In this document: positions 39,157-47,474 of the stretch, in pieces
Numbering within the stretch: the stretch's first letter is position 1
How the letters are laid out: each line of letters begins with the position of its first letter
Assembly (NCBI GenBank): GCA_049841275.1
Contig: JASGDN010000036.1
Span: 10,173 to 74,172 of the forward strand
Direction of reading: 5' to 3'
DNA length: 64,000 bases
Source of the DNA: Thermomicrobiales bacterium
GTDB lineage: Bacteria > Chloroflexota > Chloroflexia > Thermomicrobiales > UBA6265
Program-made: the position numbers and the translations under genes
Notes under the pieces: model-generated
Databases searched by the model: none
What the model was told of the DNA's origin: nothing
The model's input: only the letters and a program-made list of their open reading frames with translations

Positions 39157-40551
39157 ATGCCACCGTCCCCGGACTCATCGCGGACACCCGACCTCATCCT
39201 CACCGGACGGTTCGAGCGCCGCGACGAACGCACCTGGCGACACGTCCCGTTCACCGTCCCGGATGGTATCGAGCAGCTTCACATCTCGGTCGCCTACAAC
39301 GACCGGATAGCCTCGGACCCGACGCTGGAGGGCGGCAATACGCTCGACATCGGCCTGTTCGACGAAGGTGGTACGGCGGCGGGCAGCCCGTCGTTCCGGG
39401 GCTGGAGCGGCAGCAACAAGACCGAGATCACGGTCGGCACCGATTGGGCGACGCCGCCCTACCGCGCCGCGAAGCCGAACGCGGGCGAGTGGAATGTCCT
39501 GCTCGGTCCGTACAAGGTCGGCCCGAACGGCCTCGACTACGAGGTCGCGATCGCCTTCAACCCCGGCATGCCCGATCCGGGCCGCCCGCCGGTCGCCGAT
39601 CTCGCAACGATCGAGCGCCCGCACATCCCCCGTGAAGAGGGCTGGTATTGCGGCGACCTGCACATGCACACCGTCTTCTCGGACGGCAGCGCCTGGCCGC
39701 ACGAGGTCGCGGCGGAGGCGTACCGGCTCGGCCTCGACTTCATCGGCATCACAGATCACAACCGGGCGCAATCACCGGTCGATTATGTCCCGCAGGGAGA
39801 CGGCTGGCCGGTGCTCGTGCCGGGTGTGGAAGTCACCACGTACGCCGGGCATTTCAATGTCTGGGGCACGGATTCCTGGTACGACTTCCGGGACCCGACC
39901 GCCGAGGGCATCCAGCGCGCGGTAGATCATGCCCGGCGTGACGGCGGATTCGTCTCGCTGAACCACCCGCGCCCGTTCGGCCCGGAATGGCGCTATCCCG
40001 AGGTGACTGGCTTTCACGCGATCGAGCCGTGGAACGGGTGGTGGGGGTTGATGAACGACGTCGCGACGCGCTACTGGCACGCGCGGTTGGCGAACGGACA
40101 GCGGCTCTGGGGCATGGGCGGCAGCGACATGCACAAGCTCGGCGCACCGTTCAACCCGGATGTGCCGGTCTCCCCAGCCCAGCTCGGGCGTCCGACCGTC
40201 TGGATCCAGACCTTCGAGCCGCTCAGCGCCGGCTCGATCCTGAACGCGCTCCGGGCCGGGCGCAGTTTCATTTCCGAATCCCCGGCCGGACCGCACCTTT
40301 ACCTGGCGCTGGAACCGGACGGGTCGTCGCTGCACGTCCGGGTGCGCGGCGCGAAGGGCGACGCGCTGATCCTCTGCGGACCGGACGGCGTGCTGGACGC
40401 CTCCACGATCGACCTCGACAATTTCGCGTTCTACTGGCCGATGGAGTTCTTCTCCGGCGTCTCGCGTGTACGTCCGCCCTTCGTGCGGATCGAGATCCAT
40501 CGCATGGGTGGCGATGTGCGTGCGCTCAGCCAGCCCGTCTGGCTTTCGTGA
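39157..40551 (+). CDS. PHP-domain metallohydrolase (CehA/McbA-like) with an N-terminal beta-rich domain
   Basis: GDLHMHTVFSDG, IGITDHN, SLNHP, GGSDMH metal-ligand motifs. Confidence 0.8.
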   Translation: MPPSPDSSRTPDLILTGRFERRDERTWRHVPFTVPDGIEQLHISVAYNDRIASDPTLEGGNTLDIGLFDEGGTAAGSPSFRGWSGSNKTEITVGTDWATPPYRAAKPNAGEWNVLLGPYKVGPNGLDYEVAIAFNPGMPDPGRPPVADLATIERPHIPREEGWYCGDLHMHTVFSDGSAWPHEVAAEAYRLGLDFIGITDHNRAQSPVDYVPQGDGWPVLVPGVEVTTYAGHFNVWGTDSWYDFRDPTAEGIQRAVDHARRDGGFVSLNHPRPFGPEWRYPEVTGFHAIEPWNGWWGLMNDVATRYWHARLANGQRLWGMGGSDMHKLGAPFNPDVPVSPAQLGRPTVWIQTFEPLSAGSILNALRAGRSFISESPAGPHLYLALEPDGSSLHVRVRGAKGDALILCGPDGVLDASTIDLDNFAFYWPMEFFSGVSRVRPPFVRIEIHRMGGDVRALSQPVWLS

Positions 40552-40665
40552 GGAACGAGACGGGAGGAACGGGAACGAGACGGGCCGACATTCCGTCCCA
40601 TTCAGGGCGTGTGGACCCGCCGAACCCCGCATACTATCAAGCGTACTCGGTCCAGCATACCTTGC

Positions 40666-40726
40666 CATGTCATTCTGAGCGCAGCGAAGAACCCCCGCGC
40701 GAAGCGCTTCCGGCGGAGCCGGAACC
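40666..40726 (+). repeat. Left inverted repeat of the GIY-YIG element
   Basis: catgtcattctgagcgcagcgaagaacccccgcgcgaagcgcttccggcggagccggaacc. Confidence 0.85.
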
Positions 40727-40841
40727 TGATGCCTGCATGCACGATCCCTCGCCCTTCAGCCCGTCCACCGGCAGAGGCGCTCGGCTACGTCCCGTCTTCG
40801 CCATACCAACTCCACGCGAGATCGTTCCACCGAGGATTCTA

Positions 40842-41084
40842 TTACTCAGTCAACGCGATCTTCCGCGCACGTAGCCACCCCTTCAGCTGCTTCTCCCGAG
40901 CGATCGCATCACGGACATCCCCAAACTCTTCGACATGGACCAGGCGGTTTGTTCGATATTGCTTTGAGAACCCCTCGGACTGGCCGGTCTTGTGCTGCCA
41001 AATCCGCCGCTCAAGATTGTTGGTCATACCGATATAGATCGTCCGCGACGGGCTGGCAACGATGTAGACGTAGTAGGCGTTCAT
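40842..41084 (-). CDS. GIY-YIG nuclease family protein (UPF0213-like, 80 aa)
   Basis: MNAYYVYIVASPSRTIYIGMTNNLERRIWQHK..REKQLKGW. The tracked 233-aa ORF is an over-extension through the repeat. Confidence 0.9.
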   Translation of the reverse strand: MNAYYVYIVASPSRTIYIGMTNNLERRIWQHKTGQSEGFSKQYRTNRLVHVEEFGDVRDAIAREKQLKGWLRARKIALTE

Positions 41085-41130
41085 CGTGAGAGCCCTTCGC
41101 ATTGGTGGAGCGTTGTTCATGCCAGCACCG

Positions 41131-41191
41131 GGTTCCGGCTCCGCCGGAGGCGCTTCGCGCGGGGGTCCTTCACTGCGTTCAGAATGACATG
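41131..41191 (-). repeat. Right inverted repeat of the GIY-YIG element
   Basis: The reverse complement reads catgtcattctgaacgcagtgaaggacccccgcgcgaagcgcctccggcggagccggaacc. Confidence 0.85.
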
Positions 41192-41301
41192 GGATGATGC
41201 GTGACGGCTGACCTCCGTATGGCCAGGTCGGGCTGGATCGTGCGTTCCGGGTGACGTACTGGGTTCGGCTGGGCAACGCCTCTGGATGCGACCTGAACGA
41301 T

Positions 41302-41796
41302 TCACGCATCCCACCGGTCGCGGGCCTCCGACGCCTTCCGCCGGAAGTATTCGTCGTCCTCGTCGTCGGACGTGACATCGACCTGAACCGTCCAGTTCGC
41401 GGTCCACCGCCAGGGATTGTCGCCAGACACCTGCGGCCCGCCCCACTCCCCCATCTCACGCTCGTCCTGCTCCGCCCATTCGACCATGCGGTCGAGGAAC
41501 GGCTCCACGGGCGCGTCCGGATCGTGGAAGCGAAACCGGCCAAGCTCGGTCAGGAGGGTCGCGCCGGGGTCGAAGACCTCGCCCCGGAAGGCAGCCTTGC
41601 GCAGGCGTTCCAGCCGGGCATCGTCATCCGGCAATGCGCGCACGAAGGCCGCGAGCGCCTCCAGCCCGTCGGCGGAGCGCCGGCTGCGCGCAGCGGCGTC
41701 CGGTCCGAGGCCCATCATGTCTTGGAACTCCCGTTCGCGCCGCCACGCCGCAATCGCGTCGATCCGCTCCGCAATGGCACTGCACACGTCCGTCAT
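41302..41796 (-). CDS. Hypothetical acidic protein (last gene of the McrB-like operon)
   Basis: 164 aa from ATG 41796, with GGAAGG upstream, 19 nt after the McrB-like stop. C-terminal DVTSDDEDDEY acidic patch. No family recognised. Confidence 0.5.
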   Translation of the reverse strand: MTDVCSAIAERIDAIAAWRREREFQDMMGLGPDAAARSRRSADGLEALAAFVRALPDDDARLERLRKAAFRGEVFDPGATLLTELGRFRFHDPDAPVEPFLDRMVEWAEQDEREMGEWGGPQVSGDNPWRWTANWTVQVDVTSDDEDDEYFRRKASEARDRWDA

Positions 41797-41815
41797 GACT
41801 CTGCTACCTTCCGCC

Positions 41816-44395
41816 TCATCCGAAGGACGCAAATCCGTCCACCGCGAGTGTATCCAGCATCCGCGCTACTCGGCGCGCCATGACCGGGAAGAATGCCCGG
41901 CCAGAACCGAGCAGATCGTGATCCTGGATCGTCCCCTCGCCCACCGCGTCCCAGGCCGTTCGCACGGCCGCATGGGAAGGTTCGTCCGGATTCAGGCACC
42001 ACGCAAGAAACTGCAGCAACGGACGTTCCAGTCGCGACACCGATCCGGAGAACTTCGGCAGCACTTTCATCAGCACCGCAAGATCGAACGTTTCCTCCAA
42101 AGAGGCCTGTGGCACGACGGCCTTATACGCTCCAACGAACGCCGCAATCTCATCGAAGACGCGATAGCCGAACTGCATCTGCGACCGGGCAAGCAGGGTA
42201 TTCAGGGCCTGGAGCCACGTCCGGATTTCCGGGTGCGCATCCACGATTCCGGCAGTCTCGCCCTTGTCGATCCCGACGAACCGGCCACCGCGCGAGAAGG
42301 CATCCAGCAGGGCACGCCGCTCGTCATCGCCGATGACCGCCGGAACATCCCCAGTCCGGGTTGGTGGATAGTCAGTGAAATCCACCTCCGAAAGCTCGAT
42401 GGTGAACGCGCGGTCCAGCACCTTCGGGCTGAACGAGTGCGTCGTCTCGTCCATATTGACGGTACCAACGATGTAGAGATTCGGTGGGAGATGGACGGTG
42501 GCGGGCGGAACGTCGGCATCGTCCTGATCCTCGGCAGGCTCCGGCCGTTCAATCCGGATCGCCTCGCGCGTCCAACCCTCGGCGTCACGCCCGGATTCGA
42601 GCACGCTCAGGAGGTCCGCGAAGTAGTACTCGACGTGGGCGAGGTTCATCTCGTCGAGAATGACGAACCAGGCGACGCGGTCATCGGTCGGTCCTCGGAA
42701 GTTCTCGGCGGCGCGCAGGACGAAGCGCAGGAACTCGGTCCACTCGTACGATCCGAGGAGCGGATTGTGGTATCCGAGCAGCGCCCGGCTGTCCCGCCAG
42801 TCCGGCCGCACGGACAGGAACAGGTTATTGGGAAGGGCCAACTTGGGAGAGGTGGCCGCGATGTCGATTTCTCCGAGGCTCTCGACCAGAACTCTCGAGG
42901 AGTGAACTTTGAAGCCAACGACATCAGCCTCGTCATTCAGCTCAGGTTCAAGGTATAGGGAGCCACCTAGACCCACGTCCTTGAGCTGAGGACCCAGCAC
43001 CTTGGTAAGGCCGAGATTCACCAATGGCGATCCAGGAGACATGTCTTTGATGTGACGGAGTGATCCTACTGCCTGGGTTCCATCGAAGTCGAGCCTGACC
43101 TGCCGCGTTTCTCCGACTTCCGGGATTCCAAAGCGTCCAATCTGCTTCGACGGCAGATAGAGCCGGTTGTGCCTCAAGGTGTAAGGCTTGAGCGTGACGC
43201 GGATCAGACCTTCTCCGTCTATCACCTGCGGCTCATCTGTTTCCAAGTTGGGTAGACAGCGCACGAAGGCTTGAGCCAGCTTGCTCTTCCCAGTGCCACT
43301 GATGCCAGAGAGGATCACGAACCCCTTCGTCTGGAGCGCGGCATAGAAGGTCGCCAGCTGCCGGTCGGTGTACGTCAGCCCCTGACCCCGCACGCTCCGT
43401 CGCATGACATCAAGGGCGTTGGTCGGCGCACCCTCGTTGTGGACAACCTTCTTGCCCACGATCTCCGCGAACTGTGCCTCTGTGAGCTGGAGGATGGTTG
43501 CCTGGCGGCTGAGAAGGGAAGCAGTACTTTCGCTGAGGTGATCGAGTTGTGTGCGATCGACACCGGTCCATTCCACCTGACGGCGGTGTCGATAGGGGAA
43601 GTCGTCGTCGACTAGCTTGTAGTCCCCAACGATAGTCCCAACGCCGTAGAGTTCGCCACGCGCTGTCGAGAGCACTCGATCACCGATTTGCATGCCGTGG
43701 ATGAAATGCCAAAGCGCCAATGCCCCAGCAGGGGACACACCGGTCTCTCGACGAAGACCGGCGATAAACCCTTCTCGATCCGCTGGAAGGTCAGGAACAT
43801 GACCGACTTCCTCCCATCCAATCGCGATGAACGAACCATCACGAAAGGTGGACCAGTCTCGATTGCCTCGCCCCGCCGAAACTTTCCAGTATCGAGTACT
43901 CGATTTCGCAGCGACACTGCCATCGTTCACATATGCCGGGGTTGGAAGCTCCTGACCGGACCGATCCTCAATCTCCTTCAGGGCAGCGGGATCGAACGAT
44001 GCCGAACGACTTGACCGAGTTCGCACCGAGCGAGCCAACACCTCCACAACCTCTCGATGAGACTCCGCTACTTCTTGCCACTCCGTTTCGAACTCAAGAT
44101 GCGGGACACTCACCCGGGCAAGGTCAATCCCGAAGCTATCGGTACGTCGGAAGTCGTCTTTGACAACCTTGATGACGGGAGAACTCGGTGCAGGGGCCTT
44201 CAGCAGGATTTCCAGTCTCCCAGAACCGTCACGTTGATAGAGCCACGTCGTGTACTCACTGACGAACACAATCACGCGACCTTCGTAGAACTGAACCGAC
44301 CACGAGTTCGGATTGATCTCATGGGCAATTCGGATCGACTCGGCCATCTGCCGATAGATTGCCATTCGTGCGTGTTCCAGCTTGGGGTCAATCAT
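41816..44395 (-). CDS. McrB-like AAA+ (AAA_5) GTPase/ATPase with two N-terminal putative reader domains
   Basis: Walker A GISGTGKS, Walker B WFVILDEMNLAH, McrB-type signature GTVNMDETTHSFSPKVLDRAF. A PUA/EVE-like segment (YWKVSAGRGNRDW..IAIGW..GDRVLSTARGELYGVGTIVGDY..RRQVEW). The first ~150 aa are paralogous to the upstream gene. Confidence 0.88.
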   Translation of the reverse strand: MIDPKLEHARMAIYRQMAESIRIAHEINPNSWSVQFYEGRVIVFVSEYTTWLYQRDGSGRLEILLKAPAPSSPVIKVVKDDFRRTDSFGIDLARVSVPHLEFETEWQEVAESHREVVEVLARSVRTRSSRSASFDPAALKEIEDRSGQELPTPAYVNDGSVAAKSSTRYWKVSAGRGNRDWSTFRDGSFIAIGWEEVGHVPDLPADREGFIAGLRRETGVSPAGALALWHFIHGMQIGDRVLSTARGELYGVGTIVGDYKLVDDDFPYRHRRQVEWTGVDRTQLDHLSESTASLLSRQATILQLTEAQFAEIVGKKVVHNEGAPTNALDVMRRSVRGQGLTYTDRQLATFYAALQTKGFVILSGISGTGKSKLAQAFVRCLPNLETDEPQVIDGEGLIRVTLKPYTLRHNRLYLPSKQIGRFGIPEVGETRQVRLDFDGTQAVGSLRHIKDMSPGSPLVNLGLTKVLGPQLKDVGLGGSLYLEPELNDEADVVGFKVHSSRVLVESLGEIDIAATSPKLALPNNLFLSVRPDWRDSRALLGYHNPLLGSYEWTEFLRFVLRAAENFRGPTDDRVAWFVILDEMNLAHVEYYFADLLSVLESGRDAEGWTREAIRIERPEPAEDQDDADVPPATVHLPPNLYIVGTVNMDETTHSFSPKVLDRAFTIELSEVDFTDYPPTRTGDVPAVIGDDERRALLDAFSRGGRFVGIDKGETAGIVDAHPEIRTWLQALNTLLARSQMQFGYRVFDEIAAFVGAYKAVVPQASLEETFDLAVLMKVLPKFSGSVSRLERPLLQFLAWCLNPDEPSHAAVRTAWDAVGEGTIQDHDLLGSGRAFFPVMARRVARMLDTLAVDGFASFG
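44300..44351 (-). repeat. Nucleotide-level direct repeat, copy 1 (inside the McrB-like N-terminus)
   Basis: 45/52 nt identical to 45246-45297, including a 21-nt perfect run cggatcgactcggccatctgc. It encodes ..QMAESIR.AH.INPNSW... Confidence 0.8.
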
Positions 44396-45365
44396 CGTTG
44401 CCTCGTATCACATCTCTCGCATACGCCGGAAGCCCGAGCGGCTCCCGTGCATGGACCGACAGCACGCCAAGCAAATCGGCGTCGAACTTGCGAGCCGTCT
44501 TTACTTGCGTCCGCACACCACTCGCTATGGTTTCCACCAGTAGTTCGTGCGCTTCGGCGAAGTCTTCGAGGAAGTCATAGATATCGTGTCCTCGCGCCCA
44601 GAACCACCCCGCCTGACCGTCAAGGACGGTATCGTCTATCCGTTGCTCGTCCCATCTTCTCGCGACGGGTTCCGGAACGTCGTCCAACCATACACACAAC
44701 TCGATACGCCCGGGACGCTGTTTCCATTTCGCACAGGGAAGATCCGCGATCGTCACCACAACCGATCGCTGGCTCCTGTAGAACGACCATGACCGATCGT
44801 TCGTTCGCTGCGCCAACGCGATGGTCGATGCCAGCCGATCGGCGACGATCCACGGCACACCGTCGAGCACCCCTTCGTCGAACGTCGGATCGTCGAGATA
44901 CTCCGGCCTCGGAAGCGTCGCGCCAGCCAGGGCCTCGACTTCTCTCATGGCACGCTCATCGTACCGTCGCCAGTAGTTCGGTTTGCTTCTGGCAGCCGTC
45001 GAGATCGCACGGTGGTGCGATTCCCGGAGCGCCGGGAACTTCTTCACCATCTCCAATACCGGAATCCGAACCCGGTGAAAGTCGCGATGGATCTTGAAGT
45101 CCGTGTCCTCTACATCGAGATCGTCAATATCCGGAGTTGGGTCCTGAAGAATGAGGTCAACGTTCCCGGTCATGTCCTTGCGGGGCGAGAAGGAATAATA
45201 GGCGCCCACCAGCAGGATGACCTGCTTCTTCCAGTACATCACGAGCCACGAGTTCGGGTTGATGTCGTGCGCCAACCGGATCGACTCGGCCATCTGCTGG
45301 TAGACCGCCGTCCGCGCTCGATTCAGCGCCTCACTCGCCAACGGCACAGCCGCGACGTCGCTCAC
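44388..45365 (-). CDS. Hypothetical protein made of two tandem copies of the ~150-aa domain also found at the McrB-like N-terminus
   Basis: The GTG start at 45365 overlaps the upstream stop (GTGA), with GGGAGGAG upstream. The stop overlaps the McrB-like ATG by 8 nt. ARTAVYQQMAESIRLAHDINPNSWLV.. compares with ARMAIYRQMAESIRIAHEINPNSWSV... Confidence 0.65.
   Translation of the reverse strand: MSDVAAVPLASEALNRARTAVYQQMAESIRLAHDINPNSWLVMYWKKQVILLVGAYYSFSPRKDMTGNVDLILQDPTPDIDDLDVEDTDFKIHRDFHRVRIPVLEMVKKFPALRESHHRAISTAARSKPNYWRRYDERAMREVEALAGATLPRPEYLDDPTFDEGVLDGVPWIVADRLASTIALAQRTNDRSWSFYRSQRSVVVTIADLPCAKWKQRPGRIELCVWLDDVPEPVARRWDEQRIDDTVLDGQAGWFWARGHDIYDFLEDFAEAHELLVETIASGVRTQVKTARKFDADLLGVLSVHAREPLGLPAYARDVIRGNDD
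45246..45297 (-). repeat. Nucleotide-level direct repeat, copy 2
   Basis: See 44300-44351. Confidence 0.8.
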
Positions 45366-46966
45366 AATGCTCCTCCCATCACCAACGGAGACATCCCGAT
45401 CTCGCTCACACCGCTCAACCCCTCGTTCAGGACAACATCCGCGACCGTCGTGGGGGCTATCGTCCCGGCAGCCGGCCGGAACGTCGCACTCGTCCCCGGA
45501 TAGAGCACCACCGCTGCCCGCACCCCGAGCGCATCTCGATACGCGTGCATCTTCACCAGGTCGTCGTCCTTCGGATCGTACGACACCCCAGCCGGAAGTT
45601 CCCCATCCTCCAGGACCGCCGGGGAGGTCGAGGCCACCATCCGGAATTTCGCGTCGAAGGCGACGCGCACGCCCTCCGCCGGTATCCACACGTAGTCTGG
45701 CCGCAATCGCACGCCGGAATACCCTCGCTCCGACCAGTTGTAGACCAGCGTTCCCGCCGTCCCGAACCGGCATGCGAACCGATGCCGCAGGCCATCAACC
45801 CCATCGCCGACCGCGTCCATCGTCCCCGGCAGATCGAGCGCCGCGCCGATCCGGTCCGCCAGTTCGAAGAAGACCCAGTATTCGTAGAGCGTCGCGATAT
45901 CCCGGATGTCGATCGCATGCTCGAGCCGGTCGAACAGCGGTTGCCGCGCCCGCTGGAACGCGAACCAGAGGCGGGTCAGCTCGCGATAACCATCCCGCCG
46001 CTGCAACACCCGAGACTCCGCCGGAATGCGCACCAGCGGTCCGACTTCGGTAAACTGGCGATCCCGCACAAACGCCCGCAACGCGCCACGCAGGGCAGCC
46101 AGACGGATGCGGTCTGCCTCCGGAACCCGCCCGTACCAGGTGGCCTCCGGAATCGAGTCCGCCCAATCCAGCATTCGCCGCGCAACGTCGAGCACGAAGC
46201 GATTCTCCGGCACGTCCAGCGTCTCGATCGGACGCCGCTGGCGCACGCGCTCGGGACGGAGCCGGTGAGCAATCCTCTGCTCGGAAAGGTCATTGTGCGT
46301 CGCACCCCGCAACACGCTCAGCATCGCGTCGAGATCGATGTCGGACGCCTCGACCAGCCGCACATCCTCATACACCTCATGCAGGCGCCGAAGCGGGCGG
46401 TGCGCGATCGCCTGCATGGCGCGCATCAGATCCTGCCCGTAGCGACGAAAGAAGTGATAGGCAAACAGGAGATTCGGCGGACGCCGCGCTTCCCGCACCA
46501 GGCGGCCGGTCGGCGCAGCGACCTGGAACGGCATCGGCATCTGGCGCGCGAAGAGGTCGAGCAGCAGGCCATCGGTGAAGGCCAGCGACTCAAGCGGCGT
46601 TGCAAACTTCTCGGCGATCACCTCGACCGCCATCCCCGGTCCAAGGTGGCGACCAGCCTTCATCGGCTGAATCCGGGCAAACCCAAGCTGGTTCTCAAAT
46701 CGCACTTCGAACACGTCGTGACCGGCGATCAGCGGCCCGATGCGTGTCGAACCGACGACGAGCTCATCCGCACCTGCGACGGTCACACGATAGGTCGCCC
46801 ACTCGTGGAGGAAGCAAGCTGGTCGATGGGGAAGTCCATGATACGCCGCGAGCGCCGCCGCAACGTGCGCTTCGGAGAATGCATTCGCTCGGTCCCAGCG
46901 GACGATCGTTATCGCTCCCGGCAGAGGATGGGCGCCGTCGTCCACGACCGAGAAACCGGCTTCCAT
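45362..46966 (-). CDS. DUF2357-like N-domain fused to a PD-(D/E)xK nuclease (McrC-analogous effector)
   Basis: C-terminal nuclease core YEYWVFFEL..RPDYVWIP..VAFDAKFR..KMHAYRDAL. The long N-terminal region resembles the DUF2357 proteins that partner McrB-like ATPases (from memory). ATG 46966 with GAGGA upstream. Confidence 0.8.
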   Translation of the reverse strand: MEAGFSVVDDGAHPLPGAITIVRWDRANAFSEAHVAAALAAYHGLPHRPACFLHEWATYRVTVAGADELVVGSTRIGPLIAGHDVFEVRFENQLGFARIQPMKAGRHLGPGMAVEVIAEKFATPLESLAFTDGLLLDLFARQMPMPFQVAAPTGRLVREARRPPNLLFAYHFFRRYGQDLMRAMQAIAHRPLRRLHEVYEDVRLVEASDIDLDAMLSVLRGATHNDLSEQRIAHRLRPERVRQRRPIETLDVPENRFVLDVARRMLDWADSIPEATWYGRVPEADRIRLAALRGALRAFVRDRQFTEVGPLVRIPAESRVLQRRDGYRELTRLWFAFQRARQPLFDRLEHAIDIRDIATLYEYWVFFELADRIGAALDLPGTMDAVGDGVDGLRHRFACRFGTAGTLVYNWSERGYSGVRLRPDYVWIPAEGVRVAFDAKFRMVASTSPAVLEDGELPAGVSYDPKDDDLVKMHAYRDALGVRAAVVLYPGTSATFRPAAGTIAPTTVADVVLNEGLSGVSEIGMSPLVMGGAL

Positions 46967-46973
46967 GCGTTCC

Positions 46974-47474
46974 TCAGAAGAGTTGCGCGACAAGCAACGC
47001 GATCAGCCCCAGCACGACGAGGATGCTGACGATCACCTGCCAGCGTCTCCCGATCGGAAAGCCCGCCGACGCAGGGGAAGCCTCCTCGCTCACTGCCGGG
47101 CCGGCGTGCGCGATCGCGGGAAGAGCCACCTGCGCGCGCAACTCCTTCGGAGAGGCCATCCGCTGCTGCTGGTCCCGCTCCAGCTCCACGGCCAGAACGT
47201 AGTCGCTCAGTTGAGCGGGATCTGCCTCCGTCCAGCCCAGGTCGAAGGGCGACCACCGGTTGTCCAGCTTGATGATCGTCTGCAAGGACGCCGACTCATC
47301 CTGCTCCGCCGCCTGCAACGCCAGATCGTACGAACGCTGGTCGCGGCGAAGATCGTCGGCAAGGTCGCGGCGCACGCTCTCCACGTCCCGGCCCTGATAG
47401 ACCGGATGCCAGGCGAAGAACGCACGCGTCCCTCCGGATGGGGTGGCCGAAGGCGATGAAAGGTGATCCGTCAC
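46974..47474 (-). CDS. Tail-anchored membrane protein (first gene of the operon), function unknown
   Basis: 166 aa from GTG 47474 with AGGAG 5 nt upstream. Single C-terminal helix WQVIVSILVVLGLIALLVAQLF. The stop lies 7 nt before the nuclease ATG. Confidence 0.5.
   Translation of the reverse strand: MTDHLSSPSATPSGGTRAFFAWHPVYQGRDVESVRRDLADDLRRDQRSYDLALQAAEQDESASLQTIIKLDNRWSPFDLGWTEADPAQLSDYVLAVELERDQQQRMASPKELRAQVALPAIAHAGPAVSEEASPASAGFPIGRRWQVIVSILVVLGLIALLVAQLF

Larger units (their letters stand above)
40666..41191. mobile_element. GIY-YIG mini-element: an 80-aa GIY-YIG gene bracketed by 61-nt inverted repeats
   Basis: The inverted repeats at 40666-40726 and 41131-41191 match at 57/61 positions and flank the ORF at 40842-41084. 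Confidence 0.55.

Noticed and set aside
41085-41543. Upstream extension of the GIY-YIG ORF to 233 aa (tracked 40842-41543).
   Set aside because: The extension reads through the right inverted repeat and into the 3' end of gene E. It is low-complexity (RRRR, GGG). The 80-aa form from ATG 41084 matches the usual size of stand-alone GIY-YIG proteins.
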